Under the pieces are notes generated by a model. The model was not told where the DNA came from. It ran no database searches and saw nothing but the letters and a program-made list of their open reading frames with translations. A program made the position numbers and the translations under genes. From Octopus bimaculoides (Eukaryota), in assembly GCF_001194135.2 (NCBI RefSeq), contig NC_068994.1, positions 44,113,042 through 44,161,701 of the forward strand: a DNA stretch of 48,660 nucleotides. The letters are read 5' to 3'. The stretch's first letter is position 1. Each line of letters begins with the position of its first letter. Positions 22,506-34,989 of this stretch are shown here, in pieces.

Positions 22506-23329
22506 AATTATGTATGAGCGCATGTACAAGAATTATTGAGTAACCTTTGTCCAACGAATTTTTCAAAGGTAATCGAATTTGAATGATTTTAGAAATTTTA
22601 GGATGAAATATGGACATTTTCAAAAGAAGATCGTGAGAAACTTATTAAAACTGTTAATAATAGATTGTTAAGCGCAATGTAGTCGATAAGAAAACCCATT
22701 GAACATATCTGCTGCAGCTTTCATTATACTATATAATGGTATGTCTCATTTTACGAAAGCTGCGCTTCTAGTAAATTCTGTTTCCAATATATACAATAGA
22801 TGTTTTCTTGAATATCAGTTTAGTTGTCTTCTACATTTCTCTACTTTATGAAGATGGTTTAGCTAAATCATACGCTTTGCCCAACTTGTGAAGTGTAATA
22901 TTGTAAAGAATCATGTGCTACTGTCATATTAAACATCGTAATCTGTGTGTAGGCAAAGCTTTTAATATCTGCATCGCATGAAGATAATGACGATAGCAAA
23001 AGTAGTTTATATGGTTCCCGATATATAAAATGATTCAACATGATATTACGACTGTAATAAAGTTAACTCTATAGAAGAATCAAGCTTTGTGGTTTCGGTT
23101 CCAATCTGAATTATAATATTCCTTCATTTAGCAACAATTTCAGGAATAGACAGTTTCGACATTGAAGCGCTAAGCTAGAATTAGATTTTAATCTCGGATT
23201 CTTCTTCTCTTTCTTCTTCATCGAGAATGTTTCATCAGAAGATATTATTTCTTTCAATGCATTCAGACACCGTTGGATGGAATGGCAACTTGAAAAACTT
23301 TGGTTCTAATATAGATTTTTAACAATGGT

Positions 23330-23465
23330 GCAATGCCATAAATTTGGGAAGGGGTTGGAAATTTAGTGGATTATAGTCGATTAAATCTATACCAGCAACT
23401 TGACTAGTGCATTATTTTATCGACATCGGAAGGATGAAAGGCAAAGTTTAATTTCAGCAGGATTT
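23330..23465 (-). mobile_element. SINE family A fragment
   Basis: ttattttatcgacatcggaaggatgaaaggcaaagt is the reverse complement of the family A core. Confidence 0.65.
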
Positions 23466-23822
23466 CTTCCATCAATGACAAGAAATATTCACTTCGTTGG
23501 CCTTTACTCTACACCCTGTTATGTTGAAAAAGATCCATTATGTTACCATCTTACAGTTCTGAGATTTTTCTTTTTTGTTTTTAATCTTTCTTGCTTGTTT
23601 ATTCACTCAAAAATTATGGTTTGTTTCCGCTTTAAGAATTACAGTCTTCCAACTGGTCTTAGGTATTAGCGAAGAATAAGATTTATTGCTTTCGGTTATA
23701 CACTTATATTTTAAACTGATAAACATTAGAGATTATCATCGCTAATAGTAGATTAAATTTCTTATGCTACATTTCACTTCAATGTTTTCACTCCAGTATG
23801 GTTTTGTATATTTTTAAGAGAA

Positions 23823-23860
<38 letters not shown>

Positions 23861-24469
23861 TGTTTATCGATATCTATCTATCTGTTTATCTGCATGTTTG
23901 TGTGTATATAGATAGATAGATAGATAGATGATGAGGATGGCTGTCCATTCGTGACCGAGGAAAACCATCACTGACCATTGCCCATGCAATATGCCAGCAA
24001 TACCCGTGCGTGACGCAATCGGTTTCACCTGGATTCGCATCCGCAGCTTCCATGCTAGCCGCAGCGTCCTCCCACTCGACTGGGCATTGGATAGTCGCAT
24101 AGCTGGCGATTACACAACCTAAAGTTTTAGGTCCACAAAGGCTTGCACAACATCTTACACACCCTTTCCATCCTAGTGATATGATCCAGAGACAAATCAG
24201 GGGAAGATATCCAGTGCCAATAAGGGTCGCAGGCTCAGGACGGATGAACCTAGTATAGGTTCAACGACTATCTAGCAATAGCACCGACCCTCAGAAACTC
24301 TGGGTTGGTGTCCGGCGTGCTGGTATACTAATGGTCACTCCGAAACAAAACCAGATATGCAGGGAATAGCATTGAACATTTTGGGGATCTTTTGCTTGTG
24401 CTTAATATCGTGGCGCACCCACATACACACATATATGTGCACATTTATATACACACACATATACTGTGC

Positions 24470-24514
<45 letters not shown>

Positions 24515-24571
24515 NNNNNNNNNNNNNNNNNNNNNNNNNNNNNNNNNNNNNNNNNNNNNNNNNNNNNNNNN

Positions 24572-24620
<49 letters not shown>
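24470..24620. repeat. (TA)n-gap-(CA)n microsatellite
   Basis: Directly visible. It spans the gap at 24515-24571. Confidence 0.9.
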
Positions 24621-24624
<4 letters not shown>

Positions 24625-24644
24625 TATCGCAAGCCACGAAACCT

Positions 24645-24815
24645 TTTTCTATTTTCTCTCCGTTTATTTCTGTATTCCTTTCTGTCGAAGAGCGTAGGCT
24701 CGAAACGTAAAAGACTTTCTCACTTCCCGAGCGTTAAACTAATACATCTGTTTATTGCTTACACACCCGTCTTCGTCTTTTGCTTTTTTGGGGGGGGGGG
24801 TAAATTCTCATTATA
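24645..24815 (+). mobile_element. Penelope-like element terminal fragment with hammerhead-like motif
   Basis: ctttCTGTCGAA-gagc-gtag-gctc-GAAAcgtA-aaag at 24678-24713. This is the CTGnnGAA-stem-GAAAC arrangement typical of Penelope-like element ends. Confidence 0.55.
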
Positions 24816-26826
24816 TATATAAACACATGCACATGCATATGTATATACACGCACACACTCACATACATACATACATATGTATGTATATATATTCTGAATA
24901 CTTACCTAAAGAACCACTGATATAGATACTCAAGTTGGGATCATAATAATTGCCGTTAGAAATATTACCATATCAAATATCGTTAAATTCCATTGATATG
25001 AGTATTAGACAAAGCATTGTTACATACCGTACCCATATACAACTCTATCAACCAAGTTATAACACACAATGGTATTTTCTGTAATTCAATTTGTTTGTTT
25101 ATTATCATTATTATTTTTTTTTTTTTTTGCCTTCACTATTGGTAAACGCCATGGCTGATTCTGTTACTAATTGGCACTGTCTTGATGTTTCTTTTTTAAC
25201 GAAATTTCCAAGTTGAAGTTTTGGAGACTTTTTGATGATTTGGTAATGGTTTTCTTATCACGTACCAAAATAATTATTTTATTATATTTTATATTTACAA
25301 AAAAACAACAACAAAGACAGACAGAGACTGTGAAAGAACAATTCAAAACTAAAAAAAAGTTGTTAAAAATAAAAAAAGACAGGATATTTTAAGTATTTTT
25401 TTCATTTTTATTGTTATTCTTTATATATTTATTTTTAGATTAAAAAAATCAATCACAGCCCTCATCTGCTGTCCTATCTAATTATCTCATAGATGTCATT
25501 TACTCTTTTATGCTAAATTACAAAGCTTAGATAACAAAAGGAAACAAAAGGATCAATTTTAGAAATTTTGATGCGCAAGTCAAGAACAGTCAGTTAGTGT
25601 CATGGAGTTGCTTGCTATCTGTCTGAGTTTTCTACGTTACAGCTCATTTATTTATTAATATCTTTAAAACTTCTCTCCTTTGTCAATGAACAATACAGTC
25701 ATAAATTAGGCACAATACGCTTGATTGTTTGCTTGATCGACAACTTTTCTTTCAAAAGAAATTAATGAACACGTGATCCTTCCAAATTTCTTTTTTAGTT
25801 CTCAATAAGCAGCTCAGCAATTATTCAGGGAGTTGTGTATCTGTTATCTATTATAGAACTTACGTAGTAGCAATCACCTGCACAAAGTGCGGAGTTAGTT
25901 CCCCCCCCCATCAACCCTCCTCCCCCCCATCAANNNNNNNNNNNNNNNNNNNNNNNNNNNNNNNNNNNNNNNNNNNNNNNNNNNNNNNNNNNNNNNNNNN
26001 NNNNNNNNNNNNNNNNNNNNNNNNNNNNNNNNNNNNTTCAGGGAGTTGTGTATCTGTTATCTATTATAGAACTTACGTAGTAGCAATCACCTGCACAAAG
26101 TGCGGAGTTAGTTCCCCCCCCCATCAACCCTCCTCCCCCCCTCTCTCTCTCTTATATTTTGTTTTCATTCTTTTGTTCACGCGCATATCAGTTCTCTGCT
26201 GTACGCTGATACACTGCAGGTGTTTCAGCGGTTGCATTAAAACGTAGAGGCGCCAAGAAGCATGAGCGATAACTATTTGTGGTAAATAATTTGAAAGACA
26301 AATAGCAATTTTCAACTAGATAGATGGAGCGTGTAGATATTTAAACTTTTATGTAGATTTCTCCTTATACATTAACAATCACACACTTACCTTTCGTGCT
26401 AACATATGAATAAATACGCGGTGACACTTATGGACGGATGTATATGGGAAGAAGTGACTTATTTTAAAAGGTTTTTCACAGTTTCCATCCTGAACATGTA
26501 TCCTTACTGTTAAATAACCTTGTTCGGTAACTTGTACAATGTACAAACATACGATACGAAAGAAGCCCTGCTGGAAATGACACCCAAAGTTTTCCTTCAA
26601 ATTGCATCTGACTGTCTTTAGAAAAAAAAATTATTCATATTAGACAATGTAATCCTAGACACAATATGTCTGAAAAATATGAGATGGTCACGGTTATATT
26701 GCCTTTGATCACAGATCAGAATGATCAAGCAGACTTGAGGCTAGAACTTCAAACGTAAAATACACAACCAGAACCAACATAACCAGCATAAACTATGAAA
26801 ACAAAACTCCAGAAATCTGAACATAA

Positions 26827-27013
26827 TGGTTTCAAATTTTGGCACAAGGCCAGCAATTTTGGGGTTGTGGGTAAGTCAATTACATAAACTCCATTGCTTG
26901 ATTGGTACTTATTTTATCGACCCTCAAAGAATGAAAGGCGAAGTTGGCCACGGCGGAATTTGAACTCGGAACGTAAAGACGGACGAAATGCCGTCAACGA
27001 TTCTACCAGCTCA
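26827..27013 (-). mobile_element. SINE family A
   Basis: tggtttcaaattttggcacaaggcc...ggtacttattttatcgaccc...aatttgaactcggaacgtaaagacggacgaaatgcc...gattctaccagctc. Confidence 0.85.
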
Positions 27014-27072
27014 CAGATTTCATTTAAACATATTGCAATACAAAACTTTACGGGAATTTAAAAATATATAGT

Positions 27073-27492
27073 AGTGGCTGCGTGATAAGAAGCTTGCTTG
27101 CTAACCACATGGTTCCGGGTTCAGTCCCAGTGGGTGGCACCTTGGGCAAGTGTCTTCTACTATAGCCGCGGGTCGACCAAAGCCTTGTGAGTAGGTTTGG
27201 AAGACGGAAACTGAAAGAAGCCCGTCGGATAGATAGATAGATAGATACGTGGTATGTATGTGTATGTACTTATATGTGTGTGTCTTTGTGTATGCTTGTC
27301 CCTCCACCATCGCTTGACAACCAATGTTGGTGTGTTTACGTCCCCGTAACCTAGCAGTTCGGCAAAAGACACCGATACAATAAGTACCAGGCTTACAAAG
27401 AATAAGTCCTGGAATCGATTTCTTCGACTAAAGAACCCTTTAAGGCGGAGCTCCAGCATGGCTGCAGTTAAACAACTGAAACAAGTATAAAA
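27073..27492 (+). mobile_element. tRNA-headed SINE family B, full length
   Basis: Head agtggctgcgtgataagaagcttgc...ggttccgggttcagtccc, an internal (GATA)/(TG) tract, and tail ggcggagctccagcatggctgcagt...ctgaaacaagtataaaag. Confidence 0.9.
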
Positions 27493-27760
27493 GTACCAAA
27501 GAATAGATAATCGTATCGTCACGAATGATTAATTATATGGCTGTAATACAAGAAACGAAATGACCAGCTCCAAACAGGATTCTTCAAATTCCAAAATACA
27601 TTTCCGAAAGACAAGACAAAAACAAAAGAACAGTAGAAGCCTCATAAAATACTTATTTGATACATGGATATCGCAAACATCATTCGATCAATAATAGATT
27701 GCGAAAAAGACATTAGTAATGCAAGCGTTCGAAATAAAAGCCAATGACACGGAACCCACT

Positions 27761-28165
27761 GGTGTGGCTGTGTGGTAAGTAGCTTGCTTTCCAACCACAT
27801 GGTTCCGGATTCAGTCCTACTGAGTAGCACCTTGGGCGAGTGTCTTCTACTGTAACCTTGGGCCTACCAAAGACTTGTGAATGGATTTAGTAGGTGGAAA
27901 CTGAAAGAAACCTGTCGCGCGTGTGTGTATGCGTGCGCTTGTGTGTGTGTGTGTGTATGTGTATGTGTGTGTCACCGACCACCGAGTGGAAACCGGTGTT
28001 GATGTGCTTACGTCCCTGTAGCCTAGTGGCTCGGCAAAAGAGACCGATAGAATAAGTACTAGGCTTTAAAATGCAATATCGGTGCTGGAGTCGACTCGTT
28101 CCATTAAAAATTTCTTGAAGGCGGTGCCCCAGCATGGTCGCAGACTTATGACTGAAACAGATAAG
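27761..28165 (+). mobile_element. SINE family B, full length (second tandem copy)
   Basis: Same head, internal (GT)n and tail organisation as 27073-27492. Confidence 0.9.
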
Positions 28166-29557
28166 TTAGAATGTATAAATGTCATTTCTAAGTTTAACAG
28201 CTGCCTTCCAGTGAACACACTCCAACTACAACAGTGAAACACCTTTCCAGACACCCTCATGGGAGGAGGCTTCAAAGTACCTAACACATCCAGCTGCAAA
28301 ATACAGATGGCGCCAGCAGTCACACAATATAATAAACATTGATGTAGGTACAGTCGTGTGTTTAAAAAATTCGCTTCATATTCTAGGTTCAATCCCACGG
28401 TGCAACAGTTGAATAAGTAGCTTCTATCATAACTTCAGGATAACCAAAGCTTGTGATTGAAACTTATGTAGGCGGAAGCTGTGCAGAAATCTATTGGATG
28501 AAGTCTAGCTGTTTTGGAATGATAGCCGTAATACACTGTACGGTTTAACACACCCGCCATTTTGATCTCGAGTATCTTTTGCGTAGTCCACTCTGTTGTA
28601 AGTAAATTCTTATAAGGTCTCTATTCTGAAGATGTTTCATTATCTCGATGTGCTGCTTCCTATAGCAGTAATCCATGAGTCGCAGTTTCTTTCTTCTCGT
28701 TCTTCCAACAATCTCGGTAGCATTGTAAAAAGTTATGGGTGATCGTCAATTAAAAAACACTACTAAATTCCCTTTGCATCCTAAACAATACCCATGAATA
28801 CACTCTTATCACGCTACATCAATTCCTTGAGTCAACGAGGTGGAAGAGGGGCTACGTGGTCACATGACGTACGAGAAACAGGAGTTAACATACCCACAAA
28901 CAATTGCATGAAAAAAAAAAAGGAAAAATACAATGAATTATGTAGTCCTGAAAACATAATCTGAAAATAAGATGGGATGGTCATAACTGGAGTCCTTTGA
29001 GTGTAGGTTTATTCAAATCAGACTTAGAGCTAAGTAAGAACAACGACTCTTCCGCAAACACCATATTCTACTTCACAGCTAGTTATAACAACAACTGCAA
29101 ATGATCTTTTAGTTTTTCTCAGACCAATCTTCAGCACAATATCCTCATTCATCAATGAACAAAATAAAAACATATACTTTCACAAACTTCAGAAACAAGA
29201 CTACTCATACAAGCTTTACACTAAACCTAGATGATAGCTTTCACAAAACCTGTTGTTTGTTTCCAAGAAAGAAGAATGCTACAGCGATGTGCGCGTGTTG
29301 TGCATATTTGTGCGTGTGTATATGTGTGCATGTTGACAATGATTCAAATAAATAGATTAAAAAACACATTGGATTTTAATGTACAAAATATATGTGTATA
29401 CATGCAAAAGGAGAAGTCAGACTCAAAATTTTCAGATGGTAAACAATTAAGTATAAATAAATACTATATATATATATATATATATATATNNNNNNNNNNN
29501 NNNNNNNNNNNNNNNNNNNNNNNNNNNNNNNNNNNNNNNNNNNNNNNNNNNNNNNNN

Positions 29558-29590
<33 letters not shown>

Positions 29591-30194
29591 CAGTCAGTTT
29601 GAGGATATAGTGTCCTCCTTAGGGGGACTATAAAATCCAGAGATCAACTAGTGTTATCAGTGATATATTGGGAGAATTCTCTCAATATATAAGGATAAAC
29701 AGTCTAATATACAATTATTACTATAAGGAAAAGGAGAAAAACATATTGTGGATATTTATTTTATTTGTATCACAATAAGAACATAGCAAATAGTTTAATA
29801 CAAATCAAATTTAAATGAACATACATTAACATAAAATAAGCATAAGAGGTGCCTACGCATGTTTCAATCTGGTTACTATGTAAACAGTGTTTCGGATCCG
29901 CAGGGTTTGGACTATGTTAAGAGTTTTAGATGTAAGAAATAACAACAAAGTGACCAGATATCTTGGGGGCAGTTTCGTGCAAAAGGCTAATGCTTACATA
30001 TTTTTTCACAGGAATTTAAGTTGGTGGTAAAAAAAAAACTTACTAGATTAGGTGGATGAGGACCACATATTCATATGTTAAGTATCTATGTGGTCGTACG
30101 TATTTATATGTTAAGTATCTGTATGTACGTACGTATGCTTTAGCTATATCTAATTATTAATTATTGATGGACGACATACTCTTAGAATATTCAC

Positions 30195-30345
30195 GATGGC
30201 GGAGGACTGGCAGAATCGTCAGAGACCTTTGCAGTTTTCCTTTCCGCTTTCTGCAGTCTGAGTTGCAATCCGACTGAGGCCAACTTCACCGTTTTCTTTT
30301 TAAGGTCGTTATAGTACTACTCCGTTACTGCAGTTGACTTATACC
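30195..30345 (+). mobile_element. SINE family A, degenerate
   Basis: ggcggaggactggcagaatcgt...ctgagttgcaatccgactgagg. Confidence 0.55.
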
Positions 30346-30899
30346 CCTCCTCACCTCTCTCTCTCTGTCTATCTCTTTCTCTACTGTGCCTCTTACTCAA
30401 AAATCCAGCCTTGTCACGAGATTCAATTTGAAATTTGCATTAAGAGGACATGTGCCTGTGGAATATTCACTCGCTTAAATATATTTCACAAATAGGAATT
30501 CAGTTGGTCAAATTGAATACGCATCGTTGAGATCGACGGAGAACCCACCAGAAATTCAGGAAACTAACAAAATAAACGAGGTCGTTAAATTATTACAGAT
30601 GATTGAGCAACATCTGGTACAAAAAGGGATATTCAGAACCTGTGAACACATTTTCACATTAGAAAGACTGTTAGCTTATGTGTATGTTTTTCGCAAAAAA
30701 AAAAAGCAAATTAAAAATAATTCCCAATCTCACAAAAACGCAAAAAATAAAATACCAGAGATGCTAAAAAAAAAAAATGGCCAACTCAGTACGTTTAAAG
30801 ATAGGTTGAAAACGTAGAGTGAAAAGATACAAGTGAGAAATTCCAGCATCAGAAGAGAGGAGATGAAAGCAAAATAATCGATCGGAAATTCAGACATAC

Positions 30900-31033
30900 C
30901 CAGAAAGCAGAAGAATTTGGTGGCGGTCTGACTAGAAAAGCAATTGAATCTGTCCGTCCACTCGTTGGTGCTAAAAGGCAATAAACTGTCTGGAACTGTG
31001 TCAGAGAACTTAACCATGTTATAGGCTACCATC
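30900..31033 (-). other. Candidate 134-nt internal exon (probably non-coding or uORF-bearing)
   Basis: Acceptor cttctttctttctatatttaattttcAG|g and donor TGG|GTATGT. Only one frame is open (MVAYNMVKFSDTVPDSLLPFSTNEWTDRFNCFSSQTATKFFCFL) and I recognise no homology. Confidence 0.3.
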
Positions 31034-31594
31034 CTGAAAATTAAATATAGAAAGAAAGAAGTTCGTTTCTAATGAGATATAGTATTTCAAACGGATATTT
31101 CAAGAATGTAGTCTTTCTATATTGCTATATTTAATGGTAGTAAACGCCTTGTGTTAAGAAGATATGAAGAATATAACATTAACCTAAAACATTAACTTAA
31201 CACATAAGTTCTTTATTGATAACCTCGAACTGCATGCTTAGGAACGGTGTCGACATTAAAAACACCTGGTTACTACATGGCCACATTAGATAACATAAGT
31301 CTTCTTGATTGAGAAAGTAGTAACAACTCAGTCGCAACAGCTTAATTTTTCTTCCCCACTGTTAATGTTAAGTGATAAGTGTAACTTGCATTAGAATTGA
31401 CGAAGACAAATCCTACGATGGCGCTTGAAATATACACATAAGTAAACGATATTAAACTGGAAAAAAAATAAATAAGAATAAATTAGAAGTCCATAATTTG
31501 TTGTATTTGTCCTCATGCCAACACTTAGTAGTTTTAGTCTTCTGCTATGTCTTAGCCTTCTATAACAATTTCGATCGCATCTATGCTGCATTAA

Positions 31595-31760
31595 AGGGAT
31601 ATAAGCCTACCTCAATGCTTGATTAGTACTTTATTTTATTGACTCTTAAAAACATGTCAAGTAAATTTTAACTGGTTAAGGTTTGGACTCAGAACTTGAA
31701 GCACCATATGTAATTACACGAGATTTTTTTGTTAGGTACCAATGAATCTGCCAATCCTGA
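31595..31760 (-). mobile_element. SINE family A, degenerate
   Basis: tagtactttattttattgactc...tttggactcagaac...gaatctgcca. Confidence 0.45.
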
Positions 31761-31912
31761 ACGTTAGGAAATATATGAACCATAGATGTTAAAGTCGGAA
31801 ATTAATAAGTATTAGCTTTCAAGATACTGCAGGGAATATGAAGAGTACTGCACTATTATATCTAAATTGCACTATAATATCTAAATAAATGTTGTAACGA
31901 TAGTACTTTTTA

Positions 31913-32480
31913 GGATCTTTTTTAAAACGGGGGCCACATTTTTCATTAACGAAACACTTTGAAACTTGGAACACTGGTAGAATGTGTCATATAAAACATC
32001 TTTTTCTCTTAGTCTTCTTTAAAAAAAAAGAAATCCATAAGTTAATCCATGTTAAAGTTGTCGTATTTCTGTAATTTCAACCAATCACTGACGTCCATTC
32101 AGCCGATATACATTAAGTGCCGACTACATAAACAAACGATTCTAAAACAATTAACCCTAACCTTAACCCTAGGGTTAGGGTTAGGGTTAAAGCAAATTTA
32201 AAATGAAAAAAGCAAATAAAACGAAGGTATGGAGATTAAATACGCTTTACATCGCTTAATCAGCCAAAGGAGTAAATATAAACAACTGAATACTTGTCAG
32301 TGATTGGTTGAAATTATCGAAATAAGACAATTTTTTACATGAAATAAATTCGAATACAAAAATATTTTTCTGTTCTATAACACAAAATAGATAAGTATAC
32401 GAAATTTGAAAGTCTTTCCGTACCAAAAACACTACGTAAAACATTAATGAAAAATGTGGCCCCCGTTTTAAAATAGATCC
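31913..32480. mobile_element. 568-bp non-autonomous DNA transposon (MITE) with 37-bp TIRs, internal 21-bp inverted repeat and central telomeric palindrome
   Basis: TIRs ggatctttttttaaaacgggggccacatttttcattaa / ttaatgaaaaatgtggcccccgttttaaaatagatcc. Perfect inner IR taatttcaaccaatcactgac at 32072-32092 and 32296-32316. (TAACCC)n(AGGGTT)n at 32151-32190. Confidence 0.9.
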
Positions 32481-34382
32481 CTTTTTTAACGTGTTCTAAT
32501 GAGTTATAGAGAATTATAGGATTAGGTCAGTAATATTTGAGCATGAGTTCTGGAGTGAGCATCTACTCTATTCAACAACTCTACCTTAAAAGGCGATCAC
32601 CCAACATTTTCTTTCGGGGTGGGGTGTGAGAATTCCCATGATATCATCAGAAATGCGTATGTCGTTTCCAAATCAATGGTCTGGGGGACGTAGACGACAT
32701 ACGCAACACATTTACGAAATACAAACGTAATGGACTGGACTAGTTATGAGTGAAAGAGTTGAAAAAGTCACCATAGATATATATTATATTAGATGGAAGA
32801 CAGAACGTCAAGGCTTGGCTAATGAAGAATTTACGAATTCCATAGCTAAACAAAGTCACATTTCCTACCATGAGCACAAGGTTTCTTTATTTTCATTAAT
32901 AACACTGAATATAGATTTCATCAAAAAAAAAAAAAAAATAGAGAAGACAAATCTACTAAATCGAGTGATACTGACAACATATGCAAAACATTTGAAAAGT
33001 TCTAATTTGATTTTACACAAAACTTTGTCTAGTCAACGAGAAACAAGCTTGCAAATTTATTGTGAGCAAACCCACTCTTATTGTGGAAAAAGAATGAAAA
33101 TTAACATTGAAGACTATTCAATTTGTATTAAGATAATGAAAACATATTAAGATTTAGTTACTAATTTTCTTTATTAAAACCAAAGTCCAAAGGTTTTGTT
33201 AAAGTTAAATAAACAAGGTTAAATGACTTTGTTTTCAGAAATTCGTGCAAGACACGCTATCCTACTTATTTCGTGTCATTTATCACAAAAGTACGTTGAA
33301 TTCTATTAGTTGCATCGACTACGCTACTTCTCTCAGACGATCTGTGATAAACGAAGACTAAAACTACACTTCATCAGACAGCAAAGGAATTTTCTGTAAT
33401 TAACAAACCTGAATACTATCACATGCAGAGTTTTCAGCTTATCTGAAAATAGATTAAGTATTGACTTTTTATATTGAAATAGCTAATAAATTACTACAGA
33501 GCAGTACAGCAGTTTCCGCATTTGACTTCTTGAAATTAAATACAAGGAACTACGTATATATTGTAATGCAATAACCTCGTTATTTTACAGTTTTGTACAT
33601 TATTGATATCACAGTCTAGCGAGAAAATTAACCTCACAGTTCTTGACGAGGAAATCAAAAAGAAATAAAGAAAAACCTACGATTAAATAGTTGCACAAGT
33701 GAAAACTTTGTAATTACATATTCAAAATCGAACTTGTACACAACTTGAAGGACTAGAACATCAATGTGTCGAGGAAGATGATAATATAGTAGAAGCATAG
33801 TTAAGTTCAGTAACCTTGCTGAAGACCAATTTTATTCCATTCATTCTTCTAATTGAACAGCACAACGAAATCAATAGTTTGCTTCTCGGACAGTTACTCA
33901 TAATTTTGCTGTTTTCTTGTTGCTGTCGTTCTTATTGCCATTATTATTGTTATAGCTTATAGCTGGTTGAATAAGGTTTTGAATTATCACTGTCTTATAC
34001 TGTGTTGCCAAGACGATAAAGAAATGATATATTAACTCGATAACATTTTGCTTATGATCTCTTTACTATAAATTTCACTGCTAAAATAAACTGCTCATCT
34101 AACCGCTTGGAAGCTCTGCTACGATGTTGCTTGAAGCTTCTAAAGTAGTAATGTAGAGTGAAATAAGATGCTTGTTTTATGTGCAATTTCATCTCTTTGA
34201 ACTGATTAATAAGATGAAATATTCATTTCCTATCAAGCCACGTGGACTCAGGTATGGTTATTGAGTGGCTAAATAAATAAGCATATGGTTTTATCAAAAC
34301 GTAAATGAAAAGTTTCCAACTGAAAATAGAAAATCACATTGTCCGCTCAGTTAAAAGCGGTATTGCCATACTCCTACTATAG

Positions 34383-34686
34383 TGAAGGCGCCTGGCTTAG
34401 TGTTAAGGGTATTCGGATCACAATCACAAGGTCGTGAGTTCAATTCCCGAGGACGTGTTGTGTCCTAGAGTAAGACACTTCATTTCGTGTTGCTCCAGTC
34501 CACTCAGCTGGCAAAAATGAGTAGTACCTGTATTTCAAAGGGCCGGCCTTGTCACGCTGAGTCTCCCTGAGAACTACGTTAAGAGTACGCCTGTCTGCGG
34601 AGTGCTCAGCCACTTGCATGTTCATTTTACGAGCAGGTTGTTCCGTTGATCAGAACCCTGGTCGTTGCAATCGATGGATTGCCAGT
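34383..34686 (+). mobile_element. tRNA-headed SINE family C with 15-bp TSD
   Basis: TSD atactcctactatag at 34368-34382 and 34687-34701. A-box tggcttagtg and B-box gagttcaattccc. Confidence 0.9.
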
Positions 34687-34755
34687 ATACTCCTACTATA
34701 GCACATAATGAGGTGTTTGAAAACCTGAATTAAATTTTGATAGTATAGATTCTAG

Positions 34756-34989
34756 TACTCCACAGACACGTGTGCCCTTAACGTTGTTCTCAACGAGATT
34801 CAGTATGACACAGAGTGTGACAAAGCCGGCCCTTTGAAATACAGGTACTACTCATTTTTGCCAGCTGAGTGGACTGGAGCAATGTGAAATAAAGTGTCTT
34901 CCTCAAAGACAGAACGTGTCGCCGGGAATTGAACTCACGACTTTACGATCTTGAGCCGAATGCTCTAACCACTAAGCCACGTGCCTTCA
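34756..34989 (-). mobile_element. SINE family C, 3'-truncated, inverted relative to its neighbour
   Basis: Reverse complement of the family C head and core, including a 58-bp block (34825-34882) identical to 34490-34547. Confidence 0.9.

Noticed and set aside
25824-26140. A ~104-bp direct duplication on both sides of the gap at 25934-26036
   Set aside because: Identical sequence flanking an N-run is the signature of unmerged overlapping contig ends, so this is an assembly artefact.
30527-31032. + strand ORF pieces, including an LRR-looking LVLKGNKLSGTVSENL
   Set aside because: A single isolated match among stop codons with no repeated LRR units, so it is treated as chance.
32746-33150. 134-aa + strand ORF
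   Set aside because: It has no recognisable domain, includes a poly-A run and matches background composition.
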